A DNA stretch of 64,000 bases from the IMG/VR virus record IMGVR_UViG_3300030101_002380, positions 1-64,000 of that record. One strand, 5' to 3'. A program made the position numbers and the translations under genes. Under the pieces are notes generated by a model. The model had not been told where the DNA came from. It saw nothing but the letters and a program-made list of their open reading frames with translations, and made no database searches. This document shows, piece by piece, positions 56,701 through 64,000 of this stretch; the stretch's first letter is position 1, and each line of letters starts with the position of its first letter. The DNA is from a virus.

Positions 56701-57857
56701 ATATATCAGATATTCTTGCTAGAGCAAGTAAATCTCTAATCTTAGATGAGCCCTATTACGGGCTCTTTTTGATTGGACTAAACAAACAAATACGTAAAGA
56801 CATACCTACTGCAGGTGTGAGTAAAAATGGTATAGGTGTTCAACTATCTATTAACCCAGGTTTCTTTGCTGATCTTAATGAGAAACAAAGAATAGGATTA
56901 CTAAAACATGAATTATTGCACGTGTCTTTTGGACATATAACAATGAGAGATAGATTTAGTAATCATAAACTATTTAATATTGCTGCAGATCTTGAAATTA
57001 ATCAATATATAGCCGCTGATCAGTTACCAGAAGGTGGTTTGACTTTAGATATGTTTCCTGACCTTAATCTTCCTGAGAAAGCTGGTACTACTAAGTATTA
57101 TGAGCTACTTGAACAAGAACAAAAGTCTGGTAGTTGTCCATCATTAGAGTCTTTATTAGATCAAATGGATGGTGATAGTCAGTATTGTCATGGTACATGG
57201 GAAGAATTTGAAGATCTTACAGAAGCTGAACAGAAGCTTGTAGAAAAACAAGTGCAGCATCAAATGAAGGAAACTGCAGAGCAGACTGAAAAGAGACGTG
57301 GTAATATACCAGGAGAGCTTGCAGATCTTATTAGTAGACTTAGACATATTGAACCTCCAAAGTTTGATTGGAAAGGATACTTAAGAAGATTTGTTGGTAA
57401 TTCTAGTGTATCATATACTAAAAAGTTAAGACGTAAGTATAACAAGAGGTATGTAGAAAATCCGGGTCTTAAAATAAAATTCAAGAATAATATACTAGTT
57501 GGTGTTGACACATCAGGATCTGTATCTAATGATGAATTAAAAGAATTTATGAATGAGTTGGTGCATATGCATAAGACTGGTCACAAGATTACAGTTGCAC
57601 AATGTGATACACAATTAAATTCAGTAGAAGAGTTCAATCCAAGAAAGGATTGGGAGATCAAAGGTAGAGGTGGTACAAGCTTTCAACCTGTTATAGATCA
57701 CTTTAATGAAAGAAAGGGAAAATATACAGCCCTTATATACTTAACAGATGGAGAGGCGTACTCTCCTGAGAACTGTCCACATAATACCTTATGGGTACAT
57801 AGTTCTCGTTGCAATATTAATGAAGACTTACCAGGTCTTAAAATACAATTAAATTAA
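56694..57857 (+). CDS. Putative metallopeptidase-vWA protein (DUF2201-like)
   Basis: HELLH zincin motif, NIAADLEIN, C-terminal vWA VDTSGS..GRGGTSF..YLTDG. Confidence 0.85.
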   Translation: MVNISDILARASKSLILDEPYYGLFLIGLNKQIRKDIPTAGVSKNGIGVQLSINPGFFADLNEKQRIGLLKHELLHVSFGHITMRDRFSNHKLFNIAADLEINQYIAADQLPEGGLTLDMFPDLNLPEKAGTTKYYELLEQEQKSGSCPSLESLLDQMDGDSQYCHGTWEEFEDLTEAEQKLVEKQVQHQMKETAEQTEKRRGNIPGELADLISRLRHIEPPKFDWKGYLRRFVGNSSVSYTKKLRRKYNKRYVENPGLKIKFKNNILVGVDTSGSVSNDELKEFMNELVHMHKTGHKITVAQCDTQLNSVEEFNPRKDWEIKGRGGTSFQPVIDHFNERKGKYTALIYLTDGEAYSPENCPHNTLWVHSSRCNINEDLPGLKIQLN

Positions 57858-57861
57858 AATT

Positions 57862-59124
57862 ATGGCACAAGTAAATTTAAATATTGATGAATTAAAAGGT
57901 TTTGTTAACCACATAGTAAAGAACAATAGGTTCTTACAAGAAGGAGGTAAGAATCCTGTAGCTGTTGAAGTAGTAGGTGAATCAGGTATTGGTAAGACTA
58001 CTGCTGTATTACAGCTAGCTAAAGAAAACAATCTTAATTTTGTTAAGCTAAATCTTGCACAGATAGAAGAGTTGGGTGACCTTGTAGGTTTTCCAGTTCG
58101 TCAGTTCCAGATGTATAAAGAGAAGCAAGTAGCAAAAAAGATTGATGATCTTAGTTATACTGCAGCACAGAAAGCTGCGGCTGCTGCACAAGTTGGTAAT
58201 GCTGCTGTTACAAAGAAAGTTGGACAGTGGGTTGATGAACTTGCAGTTGAAGAATATCTTAGACAAGGTTGGAAGATGACCGGTAAGAATAGAATGTCTT
58301 ACTGTGCACCTGAGTGGATTGCAGATAAAAAAGATGGAGGTATACTTCTTCTTGATGACTGGAACCGTGCAGATGTTAGATTCATACAGGCTGTCATGGA
58401 ACTTGTAGATAGACAGCAATATATTTCTTGGTCTTTACCAAAAGACTGGCATATTATACTAACCAGTAATCCAGATAATGGAGACTACATGGTTAATAGT
58501 ATTGACTCAGCACAAAAGACTAGATATATTACTGCTAATCTTAAGTTTGATGTAGAAGTATGGGCTCGTTGGGCAGAAGAAGAAGGTATTGATACTAGAT
58601 GTATTAACTTCTTATTACTACACCCGGAGCTTGTGACACAAGAGACTAATGCAAGATCTATTACAGCATTCTTTAATGCTATATCTAGCTTTGAATCTTT
58701 TGAAGACAACTTGTCTATGATCCAGATGATTGGTGAAGGTAGTGTTGGTGATGCATTTGCATCTATGTTCACTACATTTATTAATAATAAGCTTGATAAG
58801 CTTGTAACACCTAAAGATTTATTAACTCATGATAATGAGCAATACATTCTTGGTGAACTAAGAGGTTGTGTTGGTAAAGATGATACATACAGAGCAGACA
58901 TTGCATCAACTCTGGCTACCAGATTGGCAAACTATTCTGTTGTATACTCTAAAGAAAATACTGTTTCACAAAAGATTACTGATAGATTGATTACACTGTG
59001 TACTAAAGATTACTTTACTGATGATCTTAAGTATCTAGTTGTACGTACAATTTTCAATGGTAATAAATCTAAGTTTAATAAAATGATGATGAATCCTGAA
59101 ATCATCAAAATGACTGTAAAATAA
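57862..59124 (+). CDS. MoxR-like AAA+ ATPase
   Basis: GESGIGKT, ELGDLVGFP, LLLDDWNRA, LTSNP; adjacent to the vWA gene. Confidence 0.82.
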   Translation: MAQVNLNIDELKGFVNHIVKNNRFLQEGGKNPVAVEVVGESGIGKTTAVLQLAKENNLNFVKLNLAQIEELGDLVGFPVRQFQMYKEKQVAKKIDDLSYTAAQKAAAAAQVGNAAVTKKVGQWVDELAVEEYLRQGWKMTGKNRMSYCAPEWIADKKDGGILLLDDWNRADVRFIQAVMELVDRQQYISWSLPKDWHIILTSNPDNGDYMVNSIDSAQKTRYITANLKFDVEVWARWAEEEGIDTRCINFLLLHPELVTQETNARSITAFFNAISSFESFEDNLSMIQMIGEGSVGDAFASMFTTFINNKLDKLVTPKDLLTHDNEQYILGELRGCVGKDDTYRADIASTLATRLANYSVVYSKENTVSQKITDRLITLCTKDYFTDDLKYLVVRTIFNGNKSKFNKMMMNPEIIKMTVK

Positions 59125-59125
59125 T

Positions 59126-60169
59126 ATGGCAAGAGCAATACACCAGGAGTTTAATCCTGATGCTATTGAACATTTCTCTATTGACTGTGACCCTTATGGG
59201 GTCATGGTTGATAGAAATGGTACAATAGAAACCGTTTATATTGATGAGTCAGATTATACTTCTAAAAAAATAGAGAGTATTCTTGACAAAAGTGATTGTG
59301 ATGTTCAACCGGACATGACACTATATAAAAAAGCATTTGTACTTCCTAATTGTCCTGTTTCTGTTGACAGAATCAAAGCTGCATTAAAAGAGCATAGTAT
59401 AAGTATTACTAAGGATCTTGATGCTGCTGATGTTATAATATCTCACGGATATCATAGTACATCAACAGATACATGTGAGAATATTAATCATAATTATTTG
59501 TTAAATACTATATATAACCATGATTCTATTGAGGCTGGTTGTATGGAGGTTGATGATTATTGTGCAGCAAATGCAAGAGGTAATGAATTAGCTAGAGTTA
59601 TATACTGTAGTAAAGTTGAAGAGGGATTTGTTGGTAACTACACAGCAAATAGATTAGAGTTTCCATATGATGCACATATGATTTCTGGTCTTGCAGTTAA
59701 TGCTGCATATGCAGTTGAGATGGGTAAACCAATATTTGATGTAGAGAAAGTTATGCATCAGTCAGCTACTAAAGTTAAATTAGATGATAGACTTTTACAA
59801 GATCTAATATCTATGAAGAATAGTGGTTCTGGTGATGACTGGAATATGATTGGAGCTATATTGCCTACTATTGATTATAGATATAATCATCATTTACTAT
59901 GGAAATTATCTTATGAAATGTATAGTAATATGTACATGTATAATAGGAATAAAGATGTTCAGTATTGGAAGAGAGCTTCTGGTATTGATCAGTATTATCA
60001 TAGGTCTGCATTAGATCAAATCCAATGGATGGAAGAAAAGAAGTTTCTTAATAAAGAATCTTTTAAGTATTTAGAATCTATTGTTAGAAAAGAAATAAGA
60101 ATAGATAATAGGGACTTGTACGTATTTAAAGTAAGTGTTAAACCAGAATATAAAAAGTATTTAAAATGA
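59126..60169 (+). CDS. Hypothetical protein with BRCT-like N-terminal segment
   Basis: AFVLPNCPVSVDRIK..ITKDLDAADVII; resembles the next gene. Confidence 0.55.
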   Translation: MARAIHQEFNPDAIEHFSIDCDPYGVMVDRNGTIETVYIDESDYTSKKIESILDKSDCDVQPDMTLYKKAFVLPNCPVSVDRIKAALKEHSISITKDLDAADVIISHGYHSTSTDTCENINHNYLLNTIYNHDSIEAGCMEVDDYCAANARGNELARVIYCSKVEEGFVGNYTANRLEFPYDAHMISGLAVNAAYAVEMGKPIFDVEKVMHQSATKVKLDDRLLQDLISMKNSGSGDDWNMIGAILPTIDYRYNHHLLWKLSYEMYSNMYMYNRNKDVQYWKRASGIDQYYHRSALDQIQWMEEKKFLNKESFKYLESIVRKEIRIDNRDLYVFKVSVKPEYKKYLK

Positions 60170-61344
60170 AAAAAATATATAGAATAGATTTAAATTGTTC
60201 TGATAAAGGAGACTTTACGTTTAATGTATGTCACATGGGTTATTTTGTGCGCAGTAAAGATAGTAGAAATTATTCAGATTTAAAGATTGAAGATTATGTA
60301 AAATGTTTACAACCTGATTCTAAATGGCTAACTGCTAATGTTAACAAGATTTATAGATTACCACACCTACAATTATCAAGAGATAAGCTGTCTATGTTAC
60401 AAGAAAAGTGTAAGTTTAAAAATACACGTAAGATAGATGATGCTGATCTTGTTATCGTAGGTAAGAATACTATAGAAAAATTAACAAAAACTAATTGGGC
60501 TGGTACAAGTAAAATGGATACTAATATAAGATCAAGGTTAGTTAGTGCTATTACTTCTTCTAAGATAGATGAAGAACATAAAACTTTAGTTATAAAACAG
60601 TTAGATTCTATAGAGAGTGATGCTTATTTTACTATGTCTTCATGTCATTATTATTATCATGATAAGAATGATTATACAAAGTTTCATGAGGATTTTCTTA
60701 ATTGTTTAAACGTTAAATCAAACTACTTAGATTATATTCCTTTAGATATGTATGATTCATACAATAGTATTATGAATTCTAATTATGATTTTGTTAGTGA
60801 TGAGCATATGAATAAGCTATGTACAGAAGATTCAGTTGTTTTAACTAAAGAAACATTTAAGAATATTCATAAACTTATAACATCTCCTGATAAGGAGAAT
60901 GTTACTGTTGGCATGACTATGATGGCTAATTGTAATGAAGAGGAATCAAAGACATATCTTGCATTATTATTTGCTTTTGATTCTGAAAATATGAAAGTAT
61001 CTAATATATGGAATACTGTTAACTTTAAGTCTTTAAAGAAGTTATATGAACAATATATTAACTTACAACTAGGACAATGGGGTAATGCATATGATCATTT
61101 AATTAAATGGATGTGTAAAGATAAATGTCTTACTATATTTGCATCAAGAGTAATTGCTAATACTATGTTTAAACGTGTATTATCTGGTTATTCTGGTGCA
61201 GGTACAAGAGAGAGTGTCTTTACATTGAGTGCATCTGATCTTAAACTTAAACCAGAGTTTGCAGATCAAATTGTTAGTGATGTAGATACTAATTTAGTAA
61301 ATGTTATTGATAATGCTGGTAGCCATAATGATTTACCTTTTTAG
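60166..61344 (+). CDS. Hypothetical protein with BRCT-like segment and DLPF tail
   Basis: IYRLPHLQLSRDKL..TRKIDDADLVI; LITSPDKENVTVG; ends NDLPF. Confidence 0.55.
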   Translation: MKKIYRIDLNCSDKGDFTFNVCHMGYFVRSKDSRNYSDLKIEDYVKCLQPDSKWLTANVNKIYRLPHLQLSRDKLSMLQEKCKFKNTRKIDDADLVIVGKNTIEKLTKTNWAGTSKMDTNIRSRLVSAITSSKIDEEHKTLVIKQLDSIESDAYFTMSSCHYYYHDKNDYTKFHEDFLNCLNVKSNYLDYIPLDMYDSYNSIMNSNYDFVSDEHMNKLCTEDSVVLTKETFKNIHKLITSPDKENVTVGMTMMANCNEEESKTYLALLFAFDSENMKVSNIWNTVNFKSLKKLYEQYINLQLGQWGNAYDHLIKWMCKDKCLTIFASRVIANTMFKRVLSGYSGAGTRESVFTLSASDLKLKPEFADQIVSDVDTNLVNVIDNAGSHNDLPF

Positions 61345-61436
61345 TTTAGTGTGAATTTACCAGCGGTAAGAAAGTACGGGTTAGGTTATAATATCTTGTG
61401 GAAGCCCGTGCTTCTCTTACCATTTAAATTTTAATT

Positions 61437-61595
61437 ATGAAAGAAAAGGTAAAGGTTATGAAATGTAAGCATTGTAATGTTTATAATTTTAAACCACCAG
61501 GTTATAGTTATAGTGATTGTCTTAATTGTGGACAATCTTTAAATAAAAAACAATATGAAAAAAGATCCAATAAAAGAAGAAGAATTTTACAATAA
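61437..61595 (+). CDS. 52-aa zinc-ribbon protein
   Basis: MKEKVKVMKCKHC..DCLNCGQ..; two CxxC pairs. Confidence 0.45.
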   Translation: MKEKVKVMKCKHCNVYNFKPPGYSYSDCLNCGQSLNKKQYEKRSNKRRRILQ

Positions 61596-62541
61596 GGACT
61601 ATAGTTTTAGTTATTCATCATTGAATAAACTATTATTTAGTCCATCACTTTTTTATAAAGATTATATCCTTAAAGAAAGGGAAGAGAAGACAGACAAACA
61701 CCTTATTGAAGGTAAGTTATTACATCTGTTAATTCTTGAACCTGAAAGATTACATGAAAAGTTTTCTATAGTTCCTACTAAAGTACCATCTGAATCGTTA
61801 AAGAAGGTTTTGAAAGTTATAGCTGCCTGTAATATATCAGAGTTATCTATGGTAGATGATAAAGTAATTTCAGATGCATTGCAAGAAGTTGGTTTATATC
61901 AATCACTTAAAGATGAATCTAAACGTATAGCTAAGGTTCGTACTACAGAGTGTGAAGATTACTATGCATTTATGTGTGATACTAGTGGTAAAGATATTAT
62001 AGATAATGACATGTTACTACGTGCTATGGATCGTGTACAGATCATTAAAAATAATAAGCAGGTAATGGACTTATTGTTTCATCAGACTACAGACTTTGAG
62101 CTAGATCCTATTGAAACTCATAATGAGAAATATCTTAAATGTGAGTTAAATGATTATAAGTTTGGCCTTAAAGGTTATGTTGATAGGTACATTATTGATC
62201 ATGAGACAAAACAAATAACTATTGTAGATATTAAAACTACATCTAAAAGTTTGGACAAGTTTGCAGAGACTGTAGACTACTATAACTATTGGATGCAGGC
62301 AGTTATTTACATTACATTGGTGATAAAAAGTTCTGAAAAAGATATTACAGATTATAAAATTAATTTTAATTTTGTTGTAATTGATAACTATGATCAAGTA
62401 TATGTATTTGATGTAAGTGAAAATACACTCAGAGAATGGTATACTGGTTTTCAAAAAACACTAGAAGAAGCCAATTATCATTATGATAAAAGAGATTATA
62501 GTTTACCATATGAATTTGCAAAAGGTAATGTAGTATTATAG
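61555..62541 (+). CDS. PD-(D/E)xK exonuclease (Exo VIII/RecE-like)
   Basis: FSYSSL, GKLLHLLILEP, KGYVDR, VDIKTT, YWMQAVIY. Confidence 0.82.
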   Translation: MKKDPIKEEEFYNKDYSFSYSSLNKLLFSPSLFYKDYILKEREEKTDKHLIEGKLLHLLILEPERLHEKFSIVPTKVPSESLKKVLKVIAACNISELSMVDDKVISDALQEVGLYQSLKDESKRIAKVRTTECEDYYAFMCDTSGKDIIDNDMLLRAMDRVQIIKNNKQVMDLLFHQTTDFELDPIETHNEKYLKCELNDYKFGLKGYVDRYIIDHETKQITIVDIKTTSKSLDKFAETVDYYNYWMQAVIYITLVIKSSEKDITDYKINFNFVVIDNYDQVYVFDVSENTLREWYTGFQKTLEEANYHYDKRDYSLPYEFAKGNVVL

Positions 62542-63104
62542 TGAAAGGACTGTATAAAGAATATTTTCAAAAAAGTAAAGTCTTTCTTTATCCCTTATTA
62601 GGTATTAAGAAAGGAGTTAGGTTTGTTCCTGTACAAACGTATATCAGTTGGGGTGATAGCTACACTGAGTACAGGAACAGGCTTATCTGTCTTTATACAT
62701 TAGATAAGGATAATCTAGATGAGTTTGAAATATTCAGTGATGTATATTTAGAATCTTCAGATCATTTTGCAGCAAAGAATAGAATTAATATGTACAATTT
62801 TATATATGTATTTGATCTAAAAGAATTTAAAACTGACTATACAAAGTTCCTAAAGGGTAAGTATTCTAAATTTAGAAAGAAGACTAAAGATAAGATTATG
62901 AAATTCTTTGGTGAACATAGTTCTACTTCTGAGTATATAGAAAGTTATTTATTTCCAGAATATTATTGGGAAGACTATGCTGAGTTTTTAGCTATCAATG
63001 AAACAGATCTTCAAAAGGTGGGTGAGCTATGTAGTAAACCTGACTTAGATAAGGAAAACTTAACTGAAGATTTGGAAATAATAAAAAAAGAATTAAATTT
63101 GTAA
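62541..63104 (+). CDS. Hypothetical protein
   Basis: 187 aa; GTG start overlapping the upstream stop. Confidence 0.6.
   Translation: MKGLYKEYFQKSKVFLYPLLGIKKGVRFVPVQTYISWGDSYTEYRNRLICLYTLDKDNLDEFEIFSDVYLESSDHFAAKNRINMYNFIYVFDLKEFKTDYTKFLKGKYSKFRKKTKDKIMKFFGEHSSTSEYIESYLFPEYYWEDYAEFLAINETDLQKVGELCSKPDLDKENLTEDLEIIKKELNL
63094..63101 (+). promoter_or_regulatory. Bacteroidota -7 element TAAATTTG
   Basis: TAnnTTTG about 21 nt upstream of ATG 63123. Confidence 0.4.
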
Positions 63105-63122
63105 ATTAAAAATAAAACTGAT

Positions 63123-63572
63123 ATGGCAAAAAAAGAAAAAAATTATGTAACAGAAAATCCAAAGTCTATGATGTTAGTCAAAAGTGCTTTTGGACAGAAA
63201 AAAAGTTTTAAATTAATTCCTATCACTAATGATTGTCCTTTTGTAGAATGTTTATTTTCACCAGAACAACAAATGATGGTTATTATTAGTAAGTATATGA
63301 AGGGTGCTTATCATATGGTGCAAAAACTAGATGATAATGGAGACCCTATTCCTGTAAAAGGAAAACCTAGATTAAATGGTAACAAGTATAAAGAAGAAAG
63401 AAGACTTGTTGACACTTGTTCTGAACACTATATTCTTACTGAAGAAGAGATCAGAGAGATGATTAAAATGTTTGCAGTTAATCCTGATGCATTAGATCTT
63501 GATGAGTTCTTTTTAAAAGAAAGTGATATAGTAGGTGGATCAGCAGATTTACCTATACTTGAAAAAGTATAA
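63123..63572 (+). CDS. Hypothetical protein
   Basis: 149-aa ORF followed by a terminator. Confidence 0.6.
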   Translation: MAKKEKNYVTENPKSMMLVKSAFGQKKSFKLIPITNDCPFVECLFSPEQQMMVIISKYMKGAYHMVQKLDDNGDPIPVKGKPRLNGNKYKEERRLVDTCSEHYILTEEEIREMIKMFAVNPDALDLDEFFLKESDIVGGSADLPILEKV

Positions 63573-63595
63573 TTAGTTAACAACCCCCAGATTAG

Positions 63596-63620
63596 AGGGA
63601 GCTACGGCTCCCTTTTTTTT
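63596..63620 (+). terminator. Intrinsic terminator
   Basis: AGGGAGC-TACG-GCTCCCT followed by a T-run. Confidence 0.85.
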
Positions 63621-63750
63621 GGATTAAAATAACATAAAGATTGAGAGAAGGCCAAGTGGGTTGAGGTAGTAGGTCTAAGACCGGCATCAGACGAACCCAA
63701 TTATACCTGCCTCTGGTTCCTTCTCCTTTCTTTTTTAAAATGACATGACT

Positions 63751-64000
63751 ATGAACCATTGGATAATGGACTATGAGACTTTGTCAAATTGTTTTGTGGC
63801 CGTATTCAAACACTACAAAACTGATGAGACACATATTTTTTCTGTATGTAAACTACAGAATGATTATGATAAGTTCATAGAATTCCTTAAACAAAATATA
63901 GAAAATAGAGAGTGGCATATATCTTATAACGGATTAGCGTTTGATGCCCAAATAACTCATAATATAATTAAAGACCATGAGAACTTGAAGCTCATGGATG
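63751..64000 (+). CDS. DNA polymerase N-terminal 3'-5' exonuclease domain (partial)
   Basis: MNHWIMDYETLSNCF..ISYNGLAFDAQ: ExoI (DxE) and ExoII (YN..FD) motifs; runs off the window. Confidence 0.75.
   Translation, partial: MNHWIMDYETLSNCFVAVFKHYKTDETHIFSVCKLQNDYDKFIEFLKQNIENREWHISYNGLAFDAQITHNIIKDHENLKLMD

Noticed and set aside
24-62454. Many short ORF-track entries antisense to or nested in long genes (e.g. 24-245, 2257-2568, 21218-21499, 38287-38706, 45760-46089, 58048-58419)
   Set aside because: Shadow frames of well-supported genes, with no recognisable motifs
63645-63725. HDV-like or twister ribozyme call
   Set aside because: Helix order is loosely HDV-like but the P3/L3, P1.1 and J4/2 consensus is missing; twister residues do not fit; kept only as an unclassified structure
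1-64000. Stop-codon reassignment, as in some crAss-like phages
   Set aside because: Long genes are intact under the standard code, TAG and TGA both end genes at sensible positions, and no suppressor tRNA was seen
1-64000. Integrase, transposase or diversity-generating retroelement
   Set aside because: No recombinase, transposase or reverse-transcriptase motifs and no template/variable repeat pair seen in this window

Overview
AT-rich 64-kb segment of a lytic dsDNA bacteriophage with crAss-like (Crassvirales-like) gene order, probably infecting a Bacteroidota/Flavobacteriia host (TAnnTTTG promoters, no obvious Shine-Dalgarno sites; phoH suggests an aquatic phage). The minus-strand block (1-42257) holds late genes: cargo/ejection proteins, tail, capsid, scaffold, portal, terminase, GroES, endolysin, PhoH and four tiny basic proteins. 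The plus-strand block (42454-64000) holds early/replication genes: tRNA-Arg, SSB-like proteins, SF2 helicase, NinB-like, DnaA-domain-IV protein, DnaB helicase, primase, RusA-like resolvase, a vWA-peptidase/MoxR module, exonuclease and the start of a DNA polymerase. The standard genetic code fits. Highlights: (i) a 2108-aa multi-enzyme protein whose domains are separated by a recurring K/R-x-G-G / [AFM]-Q-x-G motif, a candidate polyprotein processing or packaging signal; (ii) an array of stem-enclosed RNA modules in the strand-switch region, with similar modules upstream of replication genes; (iii) a phage-specific late-promoter motif GTATATTAT; (iv) a MoxR-vWA module flanked by three proteins sharing a motif; (v) cassette-like adhesion insertions in the tail protein. 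All family assignments come from motif recognition and synteny, not database searches.
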